Source: an uncultured Planctomycetaceae bacterium (lineage in GTDB: Bacteria; Planctomycetota; Planctomycetia; Planctomycetales; Planctomycetaceae). Taken from it: a DNA stretch of 64,000 nt. Each line of letters opens with the position of its first letter. Position 1 is the stretch's first letter. Positions 9,719-19,699 of this stretch are shown here, one piece after another. The notes beneath the pieces were generated by a model. That model searched no databases. It worked only from the letters and a program-made list of their open reading frames with translations, and was not told the origin of the DNA. The stretch lies in the NCBI GenBank assembly GCA_963815195.1, contig CAWFGE010000012.1:785220-849219 (forward strand), given 5' to 3'. Made by a program: the position numbers and the translations under genes.

Positions 9719-10636
9719 ATGTACCAAGCGATTGACGCGTTCCAGCGCTACCTCCAGATCGAGCGAAACGCTTCCGTGTTGACGGTGAAGTCCTACGCGG
9801 AAGATTTCGGCAGCCTTCTGGAGTTTTTTTCTGCGCACGTCGGTGTTGTTCCCCAGCCGAGCGAAATCACCATCGCCCAACTGCGGGCTTATGTTGCGTA
9901 TCTTCACGAATGCCAATACGCGAGAAGCACGATCGCCCGCCGGCTGGCGTGTTTGCGAAGTTTTTTTCGCTACTGTTGCCGGGAAGGTTTGACGGAGCAC
10001 AACCCCGCGAAGGCTTTACGCACGCCGCGGGCCGGCCGCAAGCTGCCGCACTTTCTGACGACCGAGCAGATCGCGAAGCTGCTCGAAGCCCCGCCCGCGA
10101 ACCAGACCGAAGGCCTTCGCGACCGGGCGATGCTGGAAAGCATGTACTCGGCCGGTTTGCGGGTCTCGGAACTGGTGGGGCTCAACGTGGCCGACTGGGA
10201 CCGCGATGCGAACATCTTCCGCGTCCTCGGCAAAGGCAAGAAAGAACGCATCGCCCCCGTGGGCAGTTACGCGGCGAAGGCGTTGGACCATTGGCTCCAA
10301 GTCCGAAAGCCCGCCGCGACCGCAGGCCCTTCCGATCAGTCGGCTCTGTTCTTAAACCGCTTCGGCAAACGTCTCTCCGACCGCAGCGTCCGGCGGATGA
10401 TCGACAAGTATCTCTTGCAAACCGGCCTGGAGCGAATCACCTCGCCGCACACGCTCCGCCACAGTTTCGCGACGCATCTCTTAGACGGCGGAGCCGACCT
10501 CCGCAGCGTGCAAGAGTTATTGGGCCATCAAAGCCTGACAACCACGCAGATCTACACCCACGTCAGCACCCGCCGGCTGCGGGAGACCTACGAGAAAGCC
10601 CACCCCCACGCTGCCGCTTCGAGATCGGGGGACTAA
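9719..10636 (+). CDS. xerC: Tyrosine site-specific recombinase, XerC/XerD family
   Basis: [30 protein letters not shown] ..., catalytic boxes [14 protein letters not shown] and [12 protein letters not shown] ... [16 protein letters not shown]. Start set at ATG 9719 because the upstream part of ORF 9659 lies inside the repeat. Confidence 0.9.
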   Translation: MYQAIDAFQRYLQIERNASVLTVKSYAEDFGSLLEFFSAHVGVVPQPSEITIAQLRAYVAYLHECQYARSTIARRLACLRSFFRYCCREGLTEHNPAKALRTPRAGRKLPHFLTTEQIAKLLEAPPANQTEGLRDRAMLESMYSAGLRVSELVGLNVADWDRDANIFRVLGKGKKERIAPVGSYAAKALDHWLQVRKPAATAGPSDQSALFLNRFGKRLSDRSVRRMIDKYLLQTGLERITSPHTLRHSFATHLLDGGADLRSVQELLGHQSLTTTQIYTHVSTRRLRETYEKAHPHAAASRSGD

Positions 10637-10843
10637 ATCACCGTGCGCGATCCCACGCCGGAAAATCCGAAATCCGAAATCCGAAACAAATTCCAATGAC
10701 CGAAATCCCAATATCCAAACCCTGCGCGTCGGGCGTGCTTCATGAATGGACGGACTTGTTTGGGACATTCGGATTTTGGATTTATTTCGGATTTCGGATT
10801 TCGTGCTTCGGATTTGCACCAGAAAAAACGCAAAATTGCGCAG
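10637..10843 (-). repeat. Intergenic repeat family 1, copy B (inverted relative to copy A)
   Basis: Its reverse complement matches copy A from caattttgcg through tttcggatttcgg to cgcgcacggtgat. It lies between the convergent recombinase genes. Confidence 0.85.
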
Positions 10844-10881
10844 ACTGTTAGTCTCCCCGTCTCCCAATCTCCCCCTCTTCT

Positions 10882-11838
10882 TCACCCCCGCGGGTGGCAG
10901 CGTTGGTGGACCGCTTTTAGCCGGCTGTGCTCGACGTGGGTATAAATCTGCGTGGTGGCGATGCTCGCATGGCCGAGGATTTCTTGGAGGGCGCGAATCT
11001 CCGCGCCGCCGGCGAGCATGTGAGTCGCAAAGCTATGCCGGAGCGTGTGCGGGCTGACGTGGGCGCTCGCACCGATACGGGCGGCGTACTTTTTGACCAG
11101 CCGCCAGATCATCATCCGCGACAACTTGCGGCCGCCCCGCGCGACGAACAGATATTCGCAATCGCGGTTCGTGTGGCCCGTGAGGTCGCGGCGTTCGTGC
11201 TTGAGATACGCTTCCACCGCGGCGATGGCGACCGGGTTCAGCGAGACGATGCGCTCTTTGTTGCCTTTGCCGAGACATCGGCAGTAGGTTTCCTCCAAAT
11301 GAATCCCGCTTTGGACGAGGCCCGAGACCTCCGAAGCCCGGCAGCCCGTCGCATACAAAAGCGCGAGCACCGCCCGGTCCCGTAACGGGTAGCGGTCATC
11401 GACCGTCCCCGGAGCCGAGAGCAGTTGGTTGACCTTCTCGGGACTGAGAACCTGCGGCAAGTATCGCCAGAGCTTAGGGGAATTGAGTAACTCCACTACG
11501 CTCTCCAACAACACGCCTTCCAAAACCAGATAGCGGAAGAACATCTTGATCGACACCAGATGCCGGGCCACCGTCGTCGGGGCCAGTTGGCGGTCGCGCA
11601 GATGCGACAAATAATCCGTCAACAGGCCCAGGTTGACATCCTGAATCGAACGCGGCCCGTGCTTGGCGTACCACTCGAAGAACTGCGTCAAGTCCGTCTG
11701 ATAGGCCCGCAGCGTATTCGCGGCCATCCCGCACTCGGCCTTCAGGTAATGCAAGAAGGCCGAGAGATGCACGGACGGCGAAGACACCAATTCCCCAGCC
11801 GGCTGCCAATCAGCCGGCGGACGTTTACGCGGCGGCAT
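10882..11838 (-). CDS. xerD: Tyrosine site-specific recombinase, XerD/XerC family
   Basis: 318 aa with [26 protein letters not shown] ... [17 protein letters not shown]-terminal SAM-like domain (TLRAYQTDLTQFFEW). Confidence 0.9.
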   Translation of the reverse strand: MPPRKRPPADWQPAGELVSSPSVHLSAFLHYLKAECGMAANTLRAYQTDLTQFFEWYAKHGPRSIQDVNLGLLTDYLSHLRDRQLAPTTVARHLVSIKMFFRYLVLEGVLLESVVELLNSPKLWRYLPQVLSPEKVNQLLSAPGTVDDRYPLRDRAVLALLYATGCRASEVSGLVQSGIHLEETYCRCLGKGNKERIVSLNPVAIAAVEAYLKHERRDLTGHTNRDCEYLFVARGGRKLSRMMIWRLVKKYAARIGASAHVSPHTLRHSFATHMLAGGAEIRALQEILGHASIATTQIYTHVEHSRLKAVHQRCHPRG

Positions 11839-11963
11839 ATTCAGTCGATCTGTTCAAGGTCGGTCGGATCGAACCCACTTTCCTTGAAATCGACTTCCTT
11901 GGCGTTTCGTCACCAATGCCTTCGGCAAATCGCTTGTTGCAAGATAGATTCCGGACGTGCGTA

Positions 11964-14268
11964 CTAAGGCGAGTTCACCGGTTGTAGCGGGCATTTGGCG
12001 GCGACGAAGGTTTCTTTGCGGTCTTCGTTTTCAAACTCGACCGTCACCGTGCGCCGGCGGCCGAAACCGCCCACTTCGACCACCACGCCCAACCCGTACC
12101 GCGGATGCCGAACGGATTGGCCTCGCTGAAAGCCTTGCGGAAGTTCCACGCCCTGCCCGCCGCCCGAGAGCAAATCCGCCCCTGTCATCAATCGGGGCAT
12201 CGCGGTTGTTGCTGCGTTGCCCGTTGTTCGTATCGATGCTGACGGGAATTTTCTTCGTGAAGAATCATGGGGCTTACGCCCCACGCTCGCCGGGCTCTCG
12301 TGTTCGTCGGCAAAGCCCCGATAATCGAAAACCTCCACGCGGAAGTCGCGGTCCTTGAGGGGCATCTCCGTGAGGAAGGGGCTGGGAATCGTGGGGAGCA
12401 ATCGGCCGCGAAACGCTGCGCATGCGGGTTTGCGTCAGGCACAACCGCTCCTCCGCGCGGGTCACGCCGACGAACAGCAGCCGGCGTTCTTCTTCCAACT
12501 CGCGGAGGTCGTTGTTCCGCATCGAGCGCTCGTGCGGGATGAGGTTGTTTTCCACCGCGACGATATATACCACGGGAAACTCCAGGCCCTTCGCGGCGTG
12601 GAGCGTCATCAGCGTCACCTGGCCCGCGGTTTCTTCCAGCGCGTCCACATCGTTGACGAGGCTGGTCAATTCCAGAAAACCTTCGAGCGACGCGTCCGAG
12701 CCCTCGGCTTCGTCGTATTGATGAGCCGCGGTCAAGAGTTCCTGCACGTTGGCGAGCCGGTTTTGGTCGTCTTCGGAATCGCTGTCGGCCCAGCCTGCGG
12801 TGTACTGCGTGCGGTCCAGCACGGTTTTCATGAGTTGCTCGACGGAGCCGCAATCGCCCCGCGAGAGTTCGCTCATCATGCGGGCGAACTTGTTGAGCGA
12901 CACGACCGCCCGCTGGGACAGTTGCGGGCATTCGCGGGCTTTTTGGGCGGCTTCCAGGAGCGTGATACCCTGCGAGCCGGCCCAGCTCATCAGCTTTTTC
13001 TGCGTCGTCTTGCCGATGCCTCTTGTGGGCGTGTTGACAATCCGCCGGAAGGCGACGTAATCGTCGGGGTTATGGATGAGCTGCAAATACGCGAGCACAT
13101 CCTTGATTTCCGCCCGCTCGTAAAACGCCACGCCCGCGGCGACCTGGTAAGGCACGCGGTGCCGGCGGAGGGCCTGCTCGAGCTCCCGCGAGAGGGCGTT
13201 CACGCGGTAGAAGATCGCGAAGTCCGACCACTGCCGCTCGCCCCGGTTGACTTGCTCGCGGATGTCCGCCGCGATCGCGTCCGCTTCGTGCGGGCCGTCG
13301 TCGAAGCTCATCAGTTCCACCGCTTCGCCGTCGGGGTTATCCGTGACCAACGCCTTGGCTTTGCGGTAAATGTTGTGCGAGATCAAGCTGTCCGCCGCCC
13401 GCAGAATCTCCTTGGTGCTGCGGTAGTTTTGCTCCAGGCGCACGACGGCTGCGTTCGGGTAATCCGATTCAAACCGCAGGATGTTGTCGATCTTCGCCCC
13501 CCGCCAGCCGTAGATGGATTGATCGGGATCGCCCGTGACGCAGAGATTCGGCAAATCCTGGGAGAGGGCCCGCACGATCTGGTATTGGGCCATGTTCGTG
13601 TCCTGGTATTCATCGACCATGATGTATTCATAGCGCGAATCCAGGTCGGCCCGCAATTCGGGGTTCTCCGAAAGCAGTGTGACGACGTGCAAAAGCAGGT
13701 CGTCAAAATCCACGGCGCTCGCTTCGAGCAATCGCTCCTGATACCGCGGATAGACCTTGGCGAGCACGGCTTGGAAGGGATCGCCGATGGCTTCTTCAAA
13801 CCGCCGGGCGTATTCGTCCGCGGTGGTCATGTCGTTTTTCAAGCGGCTGATTTGCGACGCGACCCGCGCGGGCGAGAAGTGGACCGTGTCGAAGTCGAGT
13901 TCGTTCAGGACATCGCGGAGGAGTTGCTGCTGATCGGTGGTGTCGTAGATCGTGAAGTGGGGTTTGAGGCCCACGCCCCGGCCCCATTCGCGGAGCAAAC
14001 GGGAACAGAAGCGGTGAAACGTGCTGACCCACACACGGGTGCCGGGCAAAAGCTGCTCCACGCGGTCGGCCATTTCGTTGGCGGCTTTGTTGGTGAAGGT
14101 GATCGCCAGGATTCGCCGGTGCGAAACGCCTTTTTCGACGAGCCGGGCCATGCGGCGGGTGATGACCCGCGTCTTTCCGGAGCCGGGACCGGCCAGCACC
14201 AGCAGCGGCCCTTGTTGATGATCCACCGCGTTCCATTGGTCGGCCGTCAAATCCGCCGGTCGAGACAC
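11964..14268 (-). CDS. uvrD: UvrD/PcrA-type ATP-dependent DNA helicase, frame broken near 12410-12420
   Basis: ORF 12274-14268 starts with LVLAGPGSGKTRVITRR (Walker A) and carries the helicase motifs. The conserved C-terminus is in ORF 11964-12401 in another frame: FRGRLLPTIPSPFLTEMP and the terminal domain GQSVRHPRYGLGVVVEV...VEFENEDRKETF. Confidence 0.9.
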
Positions 14269-14324
14269 TTGGGCACTCCTTTGTTTGAGTTTCCTTCTTC
14301 AGAAAAAGAGCGAACGGACAAAAT

Positions 14325-14380
14325 GAGCCGCGCACGCAGTAAGCGGGATATTGAAACTCCGCTTACTTCGTGCGCGGCTC
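14325..14380. repeat. Repeat family 2 hairpin (GAGCCGCGCACGAAGTAAGCGG unit plus its inverted copy)
   Basis: gagccgcgcacgcagtaagcgg, a 12-nt loop, then ccgcttacttcgtgcgcggctc. The same 22-mer pair recurs at 27114-27255 and 50471-50544. It sits just downstream of the stop of the 14424-15185 gene, so it may act as a terminator. Confidence 0.8.
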
Positions 14381-14423
14381 CCTCGGATTCCGTCTGCTTC
14401 AATCCCTGAGAATTGACTGGGGA

Positions 14424-15185
14424 TTATTTCTCGGAACCGGCGGGTTCTTCGCGGGATTCCAGGTCGTTTTCCTTGTCGGCCGCGCCGAACGAGGCGCGGA
14501 AGGCTTTTTCGTTGGTGGTGACGGTTTTTTCCGGGCCGGCCATTTTCAAAAAGTAGATCGCCGACTTGGTGACCATCTTTTTCGCGTCCTCGGGGTCCGG
14601 CTCTTCCCAGCGGATGCCGATAATCACCGCCAGCATCCGGGCATTGGGCAGCGGCTTGGTTTTTTGCATGATCGGAGGACCGGTCGGCATATTATACGTG
14701 CCTTTGATGTCCACGAACACATACGGCGCTTCCTTGGCTGCGCCGCCTTGCTTGCTTTCGCCGGTCGTGATTTTCACCTGGCGGTCTTTGTTGTCGACAA
14801 ACTGGCTGACCCATCGCTGGACGTTCGGCTGCACGCCGCCGCCCGCTCCCGCGCCGAACGAGAAAATCGCCAATTCCACCGGCTCGCTATCGCCTTTCTC
14901 GGCGGGAATCGTGAATTGGGCGAGCCGGAAGGATGTCTTCGGCTCGGTCTTTTCCCAGGACTTGGGAACGTAAAGTTCCAGCCCCTTCTTTTGCGATTCG
15001 TCGTGTTTGATCGGCGGCACCTTGACGGTGTTTGGCGGCGGCCAGGGGGTGGACTCCTTCTTTTCCTCGCCTGCGGGCGCCGGAGCGGGCTGCGTTTTGT
15101 CTTGAGCGCGGCCGGTTCCCGCGGCGACAAACAGCACCGCCGGCACGCCCAGCAGCCAGAAAAGTAAATTGAAGCGTCGTGGCAT
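14424..15185 (-). CDS. Secreted hypothetical protein
   Basis: ATG at 15185 gives the signal peptide MPRRFNLLFWLLGVPAVLFVAAGTGRA. 253 aa, GC3-rich, no recognisable family. Confidence 0.6.
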   Translation of the reverse strand: MPRRFNLLFWLLGVPAVLFVAAGTGRAQDKTQPAPAPAGEEKKESTPWPPPNTVKVPPIKHDESQKKGLELYVPKSWEKTEPKTSFRLAQFTIPAEKGDSEPVELAIFSFGAGAGGGVQPNVQRWVSQFVDNKDRQVKITTGESKQGGAAKEAPYVFVDIKGTYNMPTGPPIMQKTKPLPNARMLAVIIGIRWEEPDPEDAKKMVTKSAIYFLKMAGPEKTVTTNEKAFRASFGAADKENDLESREEPAGSEK

Positions 15186-15335
15186 CACGGATTCCTTGAA
15201 ATGGGTTGTCAGGACCTGTTCGGGCGGTGCGAAACCAATGGTTCGATTTTCGACGATCCTCCCACGATTTGCAACAGCCGAAATCACAATCCCGCCCGTT
15301 CGGGACAACAGGCCGGTCCAGGCAATTTCCGCCGC

Positions 15336-16142
15336 TTATTCAGCGGGTTTTTTGCGGTGCTGCTCGAACATCCAGGGCAACAGGCCTTTGGGATCGCGAT
15401 AAGCAGGTGTCCAGGCGTTGTGGCCCACCTTGGGGTATTCCACATACCGCACCTGGCCGCCGGCGGCTTTCAAAGCGGCCACCATTCGCCGGGTTCGTTC
15501 GACGGGCACGACGGTGTCGGCGTCGCCGTGGGCGGTCCAGACTGGAGTGTCCGCGAGCTTCGCCGCCTGCGTTTCGTCGCCTCCCCCGCAAACGGGTGCG
15601 AGGGCCGCAAAGAGTTCGGGCCTCCGCATCGCGAGTTCCCACGCTCCGTAGCCGCCCATCGACAACCCCGTCAAATACACGCGGCGTTTATCGATCGGAA
15701 ATTCTTTGAGCGACCGGTCGAGCACCGCCGCCGCCATGCCGAGCATCGCGTTGGGCTCTTTGGCGAGCGGGGTCGATTTGAGATCGCCCCACGGGGCATC
15801 GGCCCATTGCTCGTTGTCCCGGCATTGCGGCACGATCAGAAAGCACGGGAACCGCTTGCGGGATTCGGGCTGCGCCATCAATTCGGGAAAATGCCGGAGC
15901 ACCTTGGCCGGATCATCGCCCCGCTCGCCCGCTCCATGCAAAAACAACACCAATGGATAGGTCTCGCCGGGTTTGACTTCCAGCGGCTTGAGCACCAAAT
16001 AGCGGAACGGCTCGTCCCGGGACTTTCCGCCGGTGTACTTCAACGTCCGCACCTCGAACGGAGCGAGCTTTTTGTCGTTTTCCTCCGCCCGTCCCAGGCA
16101 AGGCAAGAGCGCGACGCAAACAAAGACAACGAACCGCTGCAT
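15336..16142 (-). CDS. Secreted alpha/beta hydrolase (carboxylesterase / phospholipase-type esterase)
   Basis: Signal peptide, oxyanion-region FLHGAGERG, nucleophile elbow GLSMGG, and a distal HGDAD ... GHNAW acid/His pattern. Confidence 0.8.
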   Translation of the reverse strand: MQRFVVFVCVALLPCLGRAEENDKKLAPFEVRTLKYTGGKSRDEPFRYLVLKPLEVKPGETYPLVLFLHGAGERGDDPAKVLRHFPELMAQPESRKRFPCFLIVPQCRDNEQWADAPWGDLKSTPLAKEPNAMLGMAAAVLDRSLKEFPIDKRRVYLTGLSMGGYGAWELAMRRPELFAALAPVCGGGDETQAAKLADTPVWTAHGDADTVVPVERTRRMVAALKAAGGQVRYVEYPKVGHNAWTPAYRDPKGLLPWMFEQHRKKPAE

Positions 16143-16214
16143 GAAATCAACCTCAGGCGCACTTGAAAAATGGGAACGAACGCCGCTTCCGATTTGACCG
16201 GCAACCTGGATTTG

Positions 16215-16811
<597 letters not shown>

Positions 16812-16996
16812 GAGAGATCTCCTCGAGGGGTCCGAGTTAAAAGAGATTGCGAAGTTTCCACGGGATTTTCGTTTTTTCTCGTCTGGGGTTCAGTAAAACG
16901 AGTTGGTGCCGGATTCGCAAGGTAGGAAACTTGAACCGCTCAACGCGAGTCTGCGCCGGCGGAGAGCGGAATTGAAAAACCCGGCCTCTGCGGTCG

Positions 16997-17383
16997 ATGA
17001 CAAGGGGCATGCTGGACTTTGAAATCGAAGAACTCAACGAAACGACGGAATGGCGCGAGGTTCTCGCCGCCTACCAATCCGCGCACGAAACCGCCAAGGC
17101 CTCGGCGGAGGAATTCGACGGCTGGCTGCCGCGGATTATGAGTGTGGACGGCCTCGACGATGAGGAACTGCCGCGGCTTCACGGCAAATTGATCGCGCTG
17201 GGGTTTTTGAAGTTCCAGCTCGCCGGTCGCGGCACGGGCGTGGTTTACCAAATCAGTCCCGCGGGCCGGCAAGCCCTCGCGAATCTCCCATCGGACGAAA
17301 CCGATTTGGAAGAGGAGTTGGATGAGGATTCCGGCGACATTCTGCCGATGGTCGAAGCCGACATGATGCAACGGGCCGCATAG
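16997..17383 (+). CDS. Acidic hypothetical protein
   Basis: 128-aa ORF, GC3-rich, very acidic C-terminus, no recognisable family. Confidence 0.5.
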   Translation: MTRGMLDFEIEELNETTEWREVLAAYQSAHETAKASAEEFDGWLPRIMSVDGLDDEELPRLHGKLIALGFLKFQLAGRGTGVVYQISPAGRQALANLPSDETDLEEELDEDSGDILPMVEADMMQRAA

Positions 17384-17403
17384 CTTTGACAGGCTGTCTC
17401 AAT

Positions 17404-17463
17404 TTCGCCCGAAGCGCCAGCGAGGGATGTCAAAGGATTTCCCTCGCTGGCGCTTCGGGCGAA
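17404..17463. terminator. Perfect 24-bp hairpin between convergent genes (probable bidirectional terminator or REP)
   Basis: ttcgcccgaagcgccagcgaggga, a 12-nt loop, then tccctcgctggcgcttcgggcgaa. Confidence 0.6.
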
Positions 17464-17507
17464 TGAATGCCAACCGGAGGCTGGCGCGTTCCGGCTGATG
17501 GAAACAA

Positions 17508-18879
17508 TCAGGCGGATTCCAACGGCTCGTCGCTCATCGCGAATAGCATGGCCGTATTTCGGCGGGGATCGGCTTTTTCGGCGAGATAGGGCGTGACGGG
17601 CTCGTTGATGCCCTTGAGCTTCGCCGGTTTCAACTTTTGGCAGGTGACGTAATCCTTGACCAATTCATAGGTCGCGGGGCCAAGGACGACCTGGCCGGGC
17701 TGGGCGACGGACGATTCGAGCCGGCTGGCGAGGTTGACCGTCGTGCCGATGACGGTGTAGTCCTTGCGGTTTAAGCTGCCGATGTCCCCCACGACGACGG
17801 GGCCGGAATTGATGCCCACCCGCATGCCGACGGGGGGCCGGCCTTTGGGGAGGCCGGCGTTGTACTGTTTCAGGTCTTCTTGCATTTTGAGCGCGGCCCG
17901 CACCGCGAGTTCCGCGTGGTGCCTTTGATTGATCGGGGCTCCGAAAAATGCGAGCATCCCGTCGCCCATAAACTTATCGAGCGTCCCTTTGTAGTGGAAC
18001 ACGGATTCGCTCAAGAGTTTCGAAAACCGAGTTGAGCAGCCGCACAACGTCGGGCGGCGACAGGTTTTCCGACATCGCTGTGAATCCGCACAGGTCGGCA
18101 AACAACACGCTGACGACCTGCTCCTCGGCGATGAACCCGTCGCTTTGAGCGACGCCGACGCGAGCCAGGATTTGCTCGACCACGGCGGGCGAGTGATAGC
18201 GAGAAAGGCTTTCGCGCTTTTTCTGCTCGGCAATGACTTCGTCCCGGAGCCGGCCCTGTTCGATGGCGACCGCCGAGAACAGCGAGAGGGCGGTGAGCAC
18301 ATCCAGGTGCTCCGCCCCGAACGCTTCCTCGCGGCTTTGGGTGTCGACATAGATCAAACCGTCCACGTGGCCTTCGCGGTACAAGGGGACGCACATCGCC
18401 GAGACGATATTGAGTTGCCGGATGCTTTCCTGGCATTCGAACCGCGGGTCGTTGAGCACGTCTCTGACCAACAGCGAACTTTGGGAGTTGATCGCTTCGT
18501 TGGCGATGCTCAGGCTGATTTTGACCTTGGGCTGGAGGCGTGCGTCGAGCGTGCGGGCGGCGACGGGTTTCAGCTGGCCCGACGGTTCGTACATGCAGAT
18601 CAACCCGCGCTGGGCGGGGACGTTGGAAAACACGAGTTCCAAAATCGCCCCGAGCATGGAGTCCAAATCGGGGGTGGTCAACAGGGCTTTGCCGATCAGG
18701 CTGAAGAGTTTGATGCCCCAGGACCGGCCGCTCGTGCTTTTGTCGATGCCCGAGTCGCTGTGGTCCTCCATGTCGTAAACGCCTTCGGCGAGGCTTCCCA
18801 GATTGCTGCCCAGGCTTTCCCCGGACGCGCCGCCGGTCAGAATCTTGCTCATGTCGGACAGCCGGATCGACATGCTCAC
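17508..18879 (-). CDS. GAF domain-containing adenylate/guanylate cyclase, frame broken near 18015-18030
   Basis: ORF 17974-18879 gives the GAF domain and the start of the class III cyclase domain (VSVLFADLCGFTAMSE...LLNSVF). The rest (SESVFHYKGTLDKFMGDGMLAFFGAP ... GINSGPVVVGDIGS ... YTVIGTTVNLASRLE) is in ORF 17508-18350. The junction is at a TTTT/AAA run. Confidence 0.88.
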
Positions 18880-19322
18880 GTTTGGGCGGGTGCGCCCTGC
18901 GTATCGTCGGTGATTTCCACCATGTCGCTCGCGTCGGACGTCTTGATGATGTCCGACTTGGCCTCGGGGGCCCGGCCGGGCGAAGGCAGCGGCACGACGA
19001 CTTTGAACGTCATCGGCAAGGGACCGAGATTGATCAGATCGCCGTCCTTGAGGTATTGCCGCTTGACCGGAGCGCGGTTGACGAACGTCCCATTCCGGCT
19101 GCCCGCGTCGATAATCTTCCAGCCCTGGTCATCTTGCGAAATCGTGGCGTGGTGCCGCGACATCCCGGGCACCGAATCGGGGAACACCACGTTGCAGTCG
19201 GGAGATCGGCCCAGGGTGACGACGGGCTGATCCAAATCGACTTCTACGGGGTGGTCGTCGAGCACATAAGAAAGCTTGAATTTCGCTGGCAATCCGGATT
19301 GAGCCAAGGTCGTTCTCCTCAA
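18876..19322 (-). CDS. FHA domain protein
   Basis: VVTLGRSPDCNVVFPDSVPGMSRHHATISQDDQGWKIIDAGSRNGTFVN. Its stop overlaps the cyclase start in an ATGA overlap at 18876-18879. The start codon is uncertain (TTG at 19322). Confidence 0.85.
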   Translation of the reverse strand: MRRTTLAQSGLPAKFKLSYVLDDHPVEVDLDQPVVTLGRSPDCNVVFPDSVPGMSRHHATISQDDQGWKIIDAGSRNGTFVNRAPVKRQYLKDGDLINLGPLPMTFKVVVPLPSPGRAPEAKSDIIKTSDASDMVEITDDTQGAPAQT

Positions 19323-19544
19323 TCGGACTGCCTACAGCAGAAAAAGACGATCTGTGACATCTTGGCAAGTCGGAAGGTCGGGGGGTGAGGGAAGTTCTGG
19401 CCCGAAGGTTGGGGGCCGTCCCCTTCCATGATACTAACAATAGACGCTCGGCAAGCGAACGTCAAAACATCTCGGAAGAATTCCCAGGGAACGCCTGCTA
19501 ACTAAATCACCTCGCGGAAATCTGCGCGTTCTCTGACACAAAAA

Positions 19545-19693
19545 AAATTGCAGAATTTGAAACCAATCCAAAATTCCAAATCCGAATGTCCTCAACAAAA
19601 TCCCGCGATTGATCCAGGACACCGGGGACGCGGGGTTTGGGTATTGAAAATTCGGTCATTGGTATTTGTTTCGGATTTCGAGATTCGGATTTC
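19545..19693 (+). repeat. Intergenic repeat family 1, copy C (diverged)
   Basis: aatccaaaattccaaatccgaatgtcctcaacaa ... ggggtttgggtattgaaaattcggtcattggtatttgtttcggatttcgagattcggattt aligns with copies A and B. Confidence 0.75.
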
Positions 19694-19699
19694 CCCCGG

